A stretch of 64,000 nucleotides of DNA. Source: Schizochytrium sp. TIO01 (Eukaryota; Protista; Bigyra: Labyrinthulomycetes). Shown here piece after piece: positions 49,182 through 59,096 of the stretch. The stretch spans positions 3,653,648-3,717,647 of the forward strand of contig SMSO01000014.1 of assembly GCA_004764695.1 (NCBI GenBank), given 5' to 3'. Both the position numbers and the translations under genes were made by a program. The notes under the pieces were generated by a model. That model did not search any database. It was not told where the DNA came from and saw only the letters and a list, made by a program, of their open reading frames with translations. Each line of letters begins with the position of its first letter. The first letter of the stretch is position 1.

Positions 49182-50093
49182 ATGAGCTCGGGCAATGGCG
49201 TAGGCCGTAATGATTCGAAGACGGCGGCTCTCCTCCGCGAACGCGAGGACTTGGAGCGCGAGCTCATGTATACCATGATGATGCATGAACAGCTGACCCG
49301 CTCGCAGCAGCAACAGCAGCATATGCGGCAGCTTCTTCAGGACGGAAGAAATGATGCCACCAGTCTTGGTATTTCCTCGCCATTCTCGCATTCCCTCGCT
49401 GCCCATTCAGCAGCCTCTATCCTGCGCGGCATCGCGCCTCCTCGTGCTCTCCTTGAATATCCTGACACCCATGCCGCCACCAACTCAAACCCGAACTCCG
49501 TATCGAGCCCAAACTCTGCACAATTTAGCAGCGCTCGAGCGCGAATTGTTGAGGAGGAGGATTTTGAGGGCGAGGCTGGCGCGAGTAAGGCCCTTGAGCT
49601 CGAGCAGTTCGAGGAGCTCGAGAACATCAGCGAAGCCATCCGAGAGCTCAATGCAAGCCTCGCGAGGGGTGACAAGGCTCCTAATGAGATTCAGAGGGAC
49701 CTTGAGCGCCTCACGCAGCTTAGTGTCAAACTTGACGAGCTTTCCGCATCTTTTCACGACCATGACCACGACCTCGACGACTCTAGCGACCGTAACAAAG
49801 ATGGACCCAACGGAGTCCGCAGAATCGATCATGGGAACAGCAATGGCGCCCTCGTAGGAGATGCATCGATAAGATCTCGGGTTCCGAACCACCAGGGCAC
49901 ATCCTCGGCAGAGAGAAACGGGTTCGGCGACCGCGGTAGTATGCATCAAATGGAGAATTTCAGGCACATGCACCAGCTGCCATCAGGAGCAGCGAATGGT
50001 GGTAGCGGATTTGGGGCGAGCTACGAAGACGACGAGATGGGCCAAGAACAGAACAGGGCGCTCATGGAGCTCATGTTTCTGCTACAGCAGCAG

Positions 50094-50167
<74 letters not shown>

Positions 50168-52016
50168 TCAACAACAACAACAACAACAACGGCAACAACA
50201 GCAACGGCCAAGGTCATCGGAGTCATCGGCATCGGCAGTAGCTCGCAGACGCATGGAGGAGAATATCATGGAGTCTGGGGAAAATGCATTTGATATCCAG
50301 CATGCGCTCGACGAGCAAGGCAGAGCGGCACGTGAGATGTTGGAGCAGGTTAATGAGATTCGACAGGAGATCGCAGCGCTCCGCGATATGGAGGACTCGA
50401 GTCCCAGAAGCCGGGCCCAACACGCAGCTCGCTTCGAAGAATTGATTGGCAAGCTCGAGCGTCTTGAGCAGGAGAAGGACACGCTGAACCAAGCCATTTC
50501 ACGCCACCAGAATGGTGGCAGCAGTGGAAGGTCATACCGTAGCGGTATCGAATCGCCTCCAGCAATGTTTTCGTCATCATATTTGCAACGATCTCCTAAT
50601 GATGATCAGGAAAGCCTTGCGGCCGCCACAGATGGCGACCCGGAGGACGTGCAGGATGTTGAAAGGCTGCTCCGTGCTTTGGAGCATGCGCGTGAGCTGG
50701 GTCGTTTTAAATCGCTCCAGCTCAAGCGCCAGGAACAGGAGGTCGCAACGCTGCAACGTAACATTCAGGGTCTCGAATCTCGTCTCTTGCGCGTGAGACC
50801 TGAGTTTGGATCTGGCGGACTAAGCCAGGTCAGTGACATTGACGGAGAGGACGAGGACCAAGTCGACGACCTCCGTCATGCTAAACGCTCAAATGGACGC
50901 AATCTGCGTCTACCGCGAGAGATTCTTGAAGAAAATGAAGCGTCTTCTGTTCAGGTCGAGGCTGTTTCTCAAGGGCGCAATGGCGATGCTGATGATGATG
51001 ATGACGATGATGTTTCTCAAGAGGATCGGTTATCCGAAGTCGATGATGACGATGACGACGACGACGATGAAAATGACCATGTTGGCGAGCTTGAGGATGA
51101 TGGAACTCGGTCCATTCGCACAGAGGGTGCTCGCACTCAGTTCACAACACGCTCGGAAGTCGATCGTGTAAGCACAGCCGCCATCAAGGGAGATGACGTT
51201 GATACCGACGATGTTGAGGCGGTCTTGGAGGGCGGTACCTCGATTCGGAGCGGGCGCACTGATGATGGCGATGATGGCGATGACGATGATGATAACGGCG
51301 ATGATCAGAATGGCGCAGCGCCAGCGAGTGCCGCCGAAGCAGCCGCTGTCTCGCGTCATTTGCGATCATCACTCGCTCACAAGGCTGTGATCGAAAGTGC
51401 TAGCGTTGTTGCACGTGCTGGATCTACTGTTGGAGACGTTGACGATGGCGGGGCTAGTACCTACTTTGGAGAGGATGATGACGATGACGACGATGACGAC
51501 GACGATGATGATGTGGACGACGAGGACGATGACCAGGAAACCACTGCTGCCGTGGATGGCTCACGGGCCTCGCGGGGTACTCTAGACCGCGGCGACGAGG
51601 ATGCTAGTGAGTTGTCCGAAGCACTCGACCAGGTACCTGCAAGCCTGCAGTTCAACTTGCGGCGACGCTCCCGTGGTGCAAGGGGTGCTGGCAAGCGTGT
51701 CGGCATCTATGCCGGTGCAAACCGCAATGTGTTTTCGCCGTCTTCGAGCAGCATCGCCTCTGGATCTATGGACCTTTCTTCGGATGAGTTCCTCGATGGC
51801 TCAGACTACAAGATTCTCATGGAAGATATTCACGAGTTTGTTAAGGACTGCCGAGCACAAAGGCGCAATTTGGACGACTCCACATCTGACCGCGACTTCG
51901 GTCGTCGGATGATGAACTTTATTTCCAAGCTCTTAAATGAGCTTGGTCATTGTGATGTTACCAATCAAGAACAGCAGCGTCGGATTCTCCACACTTTGCG
52001 AAGCATGAGTGACTGA
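49182..52016 (+). CDS. Large low-complexity coiled-coil protein with polyQ and poly-Asp tracts
   Basis: 944-aa ORF from ATG 49182 with several heptad segments, a ~40-residue Q-rich tract, three poly-Asp tracts and a small helical C-terminal domain. Confidence 0.85.
50085..50204 (+). repeat. Coding (CAG/CAA)n polyglutamine repeat
   Basis: Mixed CAG/CAA triplets inside the 49182..52016 ORF. Confidence 0.95.
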
Positions 52017-52692
52017 TAAGCAGAGCAATTTTCCAATCTCTCTTTGCTTCGCCTTTCACTTTCTTTCTTTGTTCTGTTCATCTCGTCGTTTTTCCTGTTT
52101 GCTTCATATATTTACTCTGTTTCTAAAAGTGATTCTCTGTTTTCAGCAATGCAAAGCATAGCTGCTCCTGAGGACGTTGATGGCACATATGGATGAGGAA
52201 GAGTTCATTACTTCTTATTCAAATAAAAATGAATACCGTAAAAACGAAAACTAGCTTTCTTTAACAAAAGTGATTTACATTTATACATTTGCGCAATTTA
52301 TTGTACACAAAGTTCGACCACTTATTTACCTAGATCATTGTCAAAATGACTTTAAGTTGTTATCTAGTAAGATTCGATCTACAGGCATGGTCTGATTAGC
52401 TCGTGAAACTTAAAATTTTTGGATGAAGTCATTTCCGTGCTTCAGGATTTCCCAAAGCCATTTTGTGAGTTCTCCCTACTCATCATATGTCCAATGCCAA
52501 GCAACCTTGCTGATTGTTTTGTTGATAGAAGATTGAATGTGATTATTTCAAGCGTGAAGCATAGAGTGCGAAACAAAGAGGAGAAAACGAAGAACTCAAT
52601 TTCATCGATTTAAAAAAAAGAAAAAGAAAAGAAAAAAAAGAGTGGCAGAAGTACGAGGTAGTACTCGAGAGTTCGTGGTCTGTAAAAACTGA

Positions 52693-53415
52693 TTAGAGCT
52701 CCTCCCTCTCCTCGTCTACAATAAAAGTACCAGCCTTGTCCTCGGGACCCTTCGCAATACGGTTGAGGACCTGGAGTCGGCGGTTGAGCCAGTCGGCCAG
52801 CTCGGGCTTCATCTTGGATCCTTGCATACCTGAGAGGCGGGCAATCTGCTTGGTGACATCCTCGGAAGACGCAGCCTTCATTTTCTCAGCGTAAGCAGAC
52901 TCCTTTTCGTTGCATCCTTCGAGCGAATACGGATCGCAGCGCAATGCAGGGACCTTATCACCATTAATTTTGAGCATTTCGATGGTGAAAATCAACGTGG
53001 CGCCGGGCGGGATCGTTGGCGGAGATCCTCGGTCTCCGTAAGCAAGGTCACTCGGAATGTAAAGCTCAAGCTTGTCGCCCTCAACCATGAACTGCATTGC
53101 CTCGGTCCAACCCCGAATGACCTGGTTAGGAGCGAAGTCGATCGGCTCGCCACGTTCAACGCTTGAGTCAAAGACTTCGCCGTTAATGAGAGATCCATGA
53201 TAATGGCACGTGCAAGGTGAGTTCACAGTAGGGTGGAACTGGCCAGATCCGCGCTGCAAGACCTTGTACTGCAGACCTGACTCGAGCTCGATAACGCCGG
53301 GCTTGGCGCGGTTGGCCTCTAGAAAGGCAAGACCTGCTGCATCAGGTCCAGCGTTGACAGCAATAGCAGCAACAGCTGCCATAGCGACGGAGAGAATCCA
53401 GGAGGCAGTGCGCAT
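52693..53415 (-). CDS. ER-lumenal FKBP-type peptidyl-prolyl isomerase
   Basis: Signal peptide; Mip-like SGLQYKVL; FKBP motifs HYHGSL..G.VFDSS, QVIRGWTEA, IPSDLAYG and IPPGATLIF; C-terminal REEL (KDEL-like). Confidence 0.93.
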   Translation of the reverse strand: MRTASWILSVAMAAVAAIAVNAGPDAAGLAFLEANRAKPGVIELESGLQYKVLQRGSGQFHPTVNSPCTCHYHGSLINGEVFDSSVERGEPIDFAPNQVIRGWTEAMQFMVEGDKLELYIPSDLAYGDRGSPPTIPPGATLIFTIEMLKINGDKVPALRCDPYSLEGCNEKESAYAEKMKAASSEDVTKQIARLSGMQGSKMKPELADWLNRRLQVLNRIAKGPEDKAGTFIVDEEREEL

Positions 53416-54130
53416 GGTTGCAAGGGTTATGTTAAGACGAAGAAGTAAAGAGAGCTAGAGATGTGACGATTGTGCTCCCACTCTCCGAGAGCGTTTGGAT
53501 TTTGAGAAGTTCGTTCTTTTTCAGGAAAGATTTTTTTTGGTTTTCTCAATTCCATACTATTATATATCTATATAGTGAGCGCTTTTTCTTTTTCATTTTC
53601 TACTTTAGAATGATCATGATAATATTGTTTTAAATTAATAAAAAAATAACTCTGAGTCTATTTATAAATAAATCCGTGGACGGCTTCTCGTCGCTTTGAG
53701 AATCAAAAGCACCGATTTAGTAGAAACGCACCACTTAATCAGAAGAACACATTACGGAGAGCTTTGGCTAACTAAATTACAAATTGTGGAAGCCTTCATA
53801 GGACTGCAATACTCTTCCGTATTGAGTCCCGATCTTGAAATACAATAATGAAGGTCTCAGAACCAGTGAAGTTCTTCTCTAGTGGGTTATTCTCTATTTG
53901 TATAAATAGGCTATGTTATAGTATTCACTTGCAACTCATTGGAATAAAGTTGGCTCTTGAGTCTATAACTCATTAAGTTCCTGGTCAACAAATTTCGTGA
54001 ATGAGTCGTCACAGAATCACTACTTGGGCAAATACACATTTAGCAACGAGCGCTTTGTGAGGATACCAAAGCACAAAGCACGAAACCGCTCGAGGCAGGG
54101 TCTTCGGCGCGGTCTCGGGGTTCAGGTGCA
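53416..54130. promoter_or_regulatory. Putative bidirectional promoter (FKBP / tRNase Z)
   Basis: Head-to-head starts 715 bp apart with an AT-rich core at ~53520-53675. Confidence 0.45.
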
Positions 54131-56506
54131 ATGGAGTGCGAACACAGAGTCTCCGTGCTCTCAGGAGGCAGCTTCGGCACGCGTCCAACGCTGGTGCTCT
54201 CCGTGGAATCACCAGGAAGGCTGCAGCACAAAGCATGTTCAGGTCCTGACGCAGATCTTGCTCGCATGGAGGATGATGCCCTGCGTGTTTTTGGGAGAGT
54301 CTTGATAGATTGTTGCGAAGGAACGCAAAGGCTTTGTGCGCAATTTCGCCTGAAATCTAGTAAAATCAATGCGGTGCTGCTCTCGAAATTAGACCATGCC
54401 ACAGCTGGAGGAGTGGGTGGCATTTACTTCTCATTGGCAGATGCAGGGAGTCCAGAACTTGCCGTGCGAGGGCCGGAAGGAACCGAGGGTTTTATGGCAT
54501 CCATTAAACGATTTGTGCATAGGAGGTGGCCGGAGGTAAGCTGCGTAGATGTCCAGAGAAATTCGTGCCATCAGGCTAAATACGAAGAACTTGGACTAGT
54601 GGACTTGCTTATGGTCACTCTTAAAATGAACGAGGATGCGCATAAAGATTCTAAGTATTGCCATTGGTGTGCTGTTGATCGTGCTCGCGATGCAAGCGAT
54701 GACGAGGATAGCGATAGCAGTGAGGACGAAGAGGATAGTAGTAGTGACAACGACGAAGATGAAGATGAAGATGAAGATGACGACGATGATGATGAAGAAG
54801 AAGATGAAGATGAAGATGAAGATGAAGATGAAGAGAAAGAAACAACCAGCAACACAGAGGTTGAAAATTCAGACGGACGAACCAGCTCAGATCTAGGGAG
54901 TGAAGATTTGAATCAGGCCACAATTGCATACATCGTACGACTTTGGCAACATGTGCAGTACGATGGCAGAGCGCCGGTGCGTTCAGGTGCGAGCACACTT
55001 GTGGCTGTTGTGAATTGTCCCAGCAAGGAATATCTGGGGTCACTTCACCACAGTGTTCACTTCAAGGCTGAGAAATCGTGTGATCATGTGCCAAAGGTAT
55101 TCCTTCACATGTCACACCGCAACGTTATTGAGTCTGAAGCATACCAGACTTGGGTGGGGAAGTACACAGAAGCAAGGCACATATTTGTGCATGAAAGCTT
55201 TGAGGAGCTGAAGCCAGATCCGTTCTCCTCCTCTGCACGCTGGAGCGCACGGCTAAGGCAATTTTGTCCAACATTATTACCTGTGGCCCAGGCTGAAATA
55301 TTTCCTGAGTCCTCCATCAAGTCTCAAAAGGGAAAGTCGCAGGTTAAGGAGCTGCAACCCAAGGGCATGGAGCCCACTGGCGATCAGCTCATGGCTGGCA
55401 TTCATATTCGAGTCAAGCATGGGGATGTGTTTTTAGATTACAAAAATGCACAAGGCGTTGCACTTCAACGCAAGCTCATGTTGAAAAGTCAACTGAGTGC
55501 AACAGATTCCAACAGTGAACAGAAAAATCAAGCTTCAGTTCCAACCACCACTGCGACCTCTGATGAAAATGAATTATGCATCGATGACGTGGCTATGGAC
55601 ACGCCTTCGGAATCTGGGACAGGTTCCTTGTCCCCGTATGCCTTAGACACAAGCATTACGTTTTTAGGTACCGGTTCTGCGAAACCAGCAAAACTGAGAA
55701 ACTGTAGTGGAATTCTTGTAACCCTTGCTAATAATCAAGGTTACGGGCTACTTGATGTTGGAGAGGGAAGCTATTCACAACTTGTTCGTCTTTATGGATC
55801 TACTCAAGCTGACGAGATTGTGCGTAACCTTCAGTGGATTTGTATTTCGCACGCACATTTAGATCATCACGGAGGTCTAGGACGAATCTTGGAGATTCGT
55901 GCTAAGCAAGAGGGCGGAGAATTACCAATTTTCGGCCCTACATCGATCAACGATGCTTTGAATGATCTACAGACTTTGTGGCCTTCGTTCAAGTTTCTCT
56001 TTCAGCATCTAGAGCAGCTCCGACATGGCTTACCGCCTTCTCTTGCAGCGATGAGCTGCAAGGTTTATCATTGTTTTGATGCTTACGCCATGGGTCTGCT
56101 TGTACCAACTCGTGAGGGGCCACCTGTGTGGTTAGTGTACTCTGGTGATACTCGTCCTTGTCCGAGGATGTGGCGTGAACTTTGTTCACCTCCGCGCCAT
56201 GCTGGAGCGGCATTATATCGAGTATTGATTCACGAGGCCACGTTTGATGACACACGGAAGGAGCAAGCTTTGCGGAAGAAACACAGCACTATCGGAGAGG
56301 CCTACCAAGCTGCTACTTCAATGGCAGCAAATTTGCTGATTTTAACGCACTTTAGTCAGCGTTATCCTAAAGGTGCGACTGCGCAGCTGCCGAAGCAGAT
56401 GCCAACCATTTTCGCAGCCGACTTGATGCGCATCCCACTACTCTCACGTCTAGATGAGATGCACGCCCTTGCGTCAGCACAAAGACCAGAGCTTGCTATT
56501 GAGTGA
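54131..56506 (+). CDS. Long-form tRNase Z (ELAC2/Trz1-like metallo-beta-lactamase)
   Basis: N-terminal pseudo-motif DCCEGTQR. C-terminal motifs FLGTGSAKP..RN, DVGEG, SHAHLDH, YSGDTRP, HEATF, HST and THFSQRY. Long acidic insertion. Confidence 0.92.
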   Translation: MECEHRVSVLSGGSFGTRPTLVLSVESPGRLQHKACSGPDADLARMEDDALRVFGRVLIDCCEGTQRLCAQFRLKSSKINAVLLSKLDHATAGGVGGIYFSLADAGSPELAVRGPEGTEGFMASIKRFVHRRWPEVSCVDVQRNSCHQAKYEELGLVDLLMVTLKMNEDAHKDSKYCHWCAVDRARDASDDEDSDSSEDEEDSSSDNDEDEDEDEDDDDDDEEEDEDEDEDEDEEKETTSNTEVENSDGRTSSDLGSEDLNQATIAYIVRLWQHVQYDGRAPVRSGASTLVAVVNCPSKEYLGSLHHSVHFKAEKSCDHVPKVFLHMSHRNVIESEAYQTWVGKYTEARHIFVHESFEELKPDPFSSSARWSARLRQFCPTLLPVAQAEIFPESSIKSQKGKSQVKELQPKGMEPTGDQLMAGIHIRVKHGDVFLDYKNAQGVALQRKLMLKSQLSATDSNSEQKNQASVPTTTATSDENELCIDDVAMDTPSESGTGSLSPYALDTSITFLGTGSAKPAKLRNCSGILVTLANNQGYGLLDVGEGSYSQLVRLYGSTQADEIVRNLQWICISHAHLDHHGGLGRILEIRAKQEGGELPIFGPTSINDALNDLQTLWPSFKFLFQHLEQLRHGLPPSLAAMSCKVYHCFDAYAMGLLVPTREGPPVWLVYSGDTRPCPRMWRELCSPPRHAGAALYRVLIHEATFDDTRKEQALRKKHSTIGEAYQAATSMAANLLILTHFSQRYPKGATAQLPKQMPTIFAADLMRIPLLSRLDEMHALASAQRPELAIE

Positions 56507-56843
56507 GTCATCGAGAATCGACAAACTGCCTTCGATAGATCCAGTGCTGTTTTTAACGTTATGTCACTTATGATCAACGAGCAAACTTTATAAGCTCATA
56601 CATAAACGCGATGCTGCAAACCTTATTTTAGAAATTTCCCCCAAATCAGAAGCTGCTAGGAAACATGCCACACGCCTAGTATATTCACCTTATTTATAAA
56701 CTAAATAAAACTAAACAGAACAGAGTCAGGAAATAATTCATTAACTTTATGAGCACATGAGAAAATGTGGTCATGACAATATATTTAATTATGGAATGCT
56801 GAAAAGGTAGAAAATAAGGTTTCTAGTTCAAGAAGGTCTTGCA

Positions 56844-59096
56844 TTAGAATGCAATATCAGTACCTAGGGCTGCATCTTTGCTAATGTCCATGCCACAAAT
56901 AAGTTGAGTTTCGGAGTCACGCACAAAGCAATCTCCTGCTAATGAAATGAACCCATTCTCAGAACCAGATGCTCGAGAGAGATCCTCAACAATTTTTGAA
57001 GAGCCAAAATAGGGATGTGCAACACACTTTTCTTTAAAGCTGTGTCCAAGTGTGACACACATGTGGCCCTGAACACAAATAGCATGCCCTTCTTCAAGCA
57101 CAAAGTTGTACACAGGTGCGTTGTCCTGGGATTCTACGAGAGAGGCTTGAGGAAGCTCGCATGGGAAGGCCCACTCACCTTGTTCTGGAACGTAAACTGG
57201 GTGATAAGGAGTAATGACGAGGCCGCTTGGGAGTTGTACGAGCGGGTCCGATGTAGGCCCAGCATTAAATCGAACAACGTACTTTACAGTCGCTGGTTTC
57301 ATGTTCCACGAAAGAATAGTATCTCCTGGAATGATGGCGTCAATGCGCTTCATGCGCTGTTTATTGCCGGTTACATCGTTTGCCATAGTGACTAGACAAT
57401 TTCCAGCAAAACATCCTCGAGCTCTACTGAGATACATCGAGCGCATCATAGCTGATGAGAGAGGTGTTGCCATGGGGACACTAGCAGATTGCATTCCGTG
57501 TCCATATGATGCATATGTACGTGGTTTTGGGGTTGGTGGAGGTACGGTATCAAATGCGGCCTCAGCCCGATCACGCAGAGACTTGAAGAGCTCGCCAGAA
57601 CCATAGTTCTGAACACCAGGGTCTTTGAAGTTGTTGCATATCTCTAGGGCGTGTGCAAATAATAATGAACGCAAGTAATGAACTCCCCAGCGATTGTAGT
57701 ATTCAGGCTTTGATACAGCTTCCTTCACTTGGCCCTCTACATCCTCAAGAAGGGCGGCAACATATGCTCGACTATCACCCTGCGGCATGCCATTGATGAC
57801 TTTTTCCATGTTTAGTGCCACATCGTTGACGAGATCTGCGAGGCTTGAGTTCCAGGAATTGTTTTCATTAGCAAGAATATTAAGAAGAAATCCAATGCGA
57901 TTGCGTTGTGCAGTGACAAGGGCATCTCCCGCTCGTGACTCGGACGAGTTTTCAACAAAAGGTTCGACACGCTCACGATTTGATGCACCAGATAAACGAT
58001 ATGAGACGCTCATGTCGAAGTCATTTGCGTTTGCATCCCCAGCTTCAAATTGCAGAAGAATATTTCTTGCATGACCGTATTGTAAAGACCCAATGTGCAG
58101 TAGAAGACCCCAATCCACGATATCAGCATCATACATGGCCTGTAAAGCCTCTAAGCATTCACCTGTTAGAGTTTGATCAGAAGGAATACCAATACTAAGC
58201 TGTGCGTCCATAGCAAATGAACTAAATGTGTTTGCACACGCATGGATGAATACAGTTCCTACCATACCTGCATCGGGGATGAAGGAGTATGATCCTGCAC
58301 AGATTCGTGCGACATCTTGAAGCAATTTGGAGTCCATGCTATATCCAAATCCAAATGTGTTCACAATGCATGGCAGACGACCTACATCTTCAAGGTAGCG
58401 CTTGAGGGTAGGGATGTGCCCTCTGGGAGGCTCGATATTAGGCATACCATCAGTAAAGACATAGACTGAGGCAAGGGTTTCGTCGGCGTGCGGGTCATTC
58501 ACAACAAGGTCAAGACCGTCGCGGAGGCCGCTCCAAAGGTTTGTACTTGCCTGTGGGGACATGTTGTTAATGTGGGATTGTAGAGTTGCTCTTCCCGCGT
58601 CGTCACAGCGAACGTATTTGCATACCACTTCAGAATGTGTGTGGAAAGTTACAATGGACATGGAGTCATTGGTGCTCATCGTTGCGAGGACTGTGAGAAT
58701 GGAGTGTTTAACGATATCCAAAACTGAAAGACCGCTTGACTCAGTGTTTCCGTCTGCATCTTTTACGCTTGCATCAGCTCCCATCGAGCCACTAATGTCG
58801 ATAACACAGCACATGTGTTGGCGCCTTGGTGCGATTGGCATATCAGGTGCACGAATGGTAACCATGAGGCCAGCGTGGTCTTCTACTTCCTCGGATGAAA
58901 CTTCGAGTAAAGCTTCCTCGCTGCCATCTGAGGGCACCGCCACCGCTACAGGCACACTCGCGCTTGCATCTGCTCCACCGATTGCCTGAGCAACAGGGCT
59001 AGTGACAGATGCCCCTCCTCTAAGGGCCGATGCTCTTCTGGACAAAGATGCCCGAAAGCCGCCTCGTGGTCTTGTGCAGCAGAATTTCAGGTTCAT
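56844..59096 (-). CDS. VWA-Vwaint-Vint (hedgehog/intein Hint domain) autoprocessing protein
   Basis: MIDAS motif DISGSM, T and FTDG; Vwaint segment GQVKEAVS..RWGVHYLRSL..CNNFKDPGVQ; Hint starting G|CFAGNC with TPYHP and VYNFVL; caccATG start. Confidence 0.92.
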   Translation of the reverse strand: MNLKFCCTRPRGGFRASLSRRASALRGGASVTSPVAQAIGGADASASVPVAVAVPSDGSEEALLEVSSEEVEDHAGLMVTIRAPDMPIAPRRQHMCCVIDISGSMGADASVKDADGNTESSGLSVLDIVKHSILTVLATMSTNDSMSIVTFHTHSEVVCKYVRCDDAGRATLQSHINNMSPQASTNLWSGLRDGLDLVVNDPHADETLASVYVFTDGMPNIEPPRGHIPTLKRYLEDVGRLPCIVNTFGFGYSMDSKLLQDVARICAGSYSFIPDAGMVGTVFIHACANTFSSFAMDAQLSIGIPSDQTLTGECLEALQAMYDADIVDWGLLLHIGSLQYGHARNILLQFEAGDANANDFDMSVSYRLSGASNRERVEPFVENSSESRAGDALVTAQRNRIGFLLNILANENNSWNSSLADLVNDVALNMEKVINGMPQGDSRAYVAALLEDVEGQVKEAVSKPEYYNRWGVHYLRSLLFAHALEICNNFKDPGVQNYGSGELFKSLRDRAEAAFDTVPPPTPKPRTYASYGHGMQSASVPMATPLSSAMMRSMYLSRARGCFAGNCLVTMANDVTGNKQRMKRIDAIIPGDTILSWNMKPATVKYVVRFNAGPTSDPLVQLPSGLVITPYHPVYVPEQGEWAFPCELPQASLVESQDNAPVYNFVLEEGHAICVQGHMCVTLGHSFKEKCVAHPYFGSSKIVEDLSRASGSENGFISLAGDCFVRDSETQLICGMDISKDAALGTDIAF

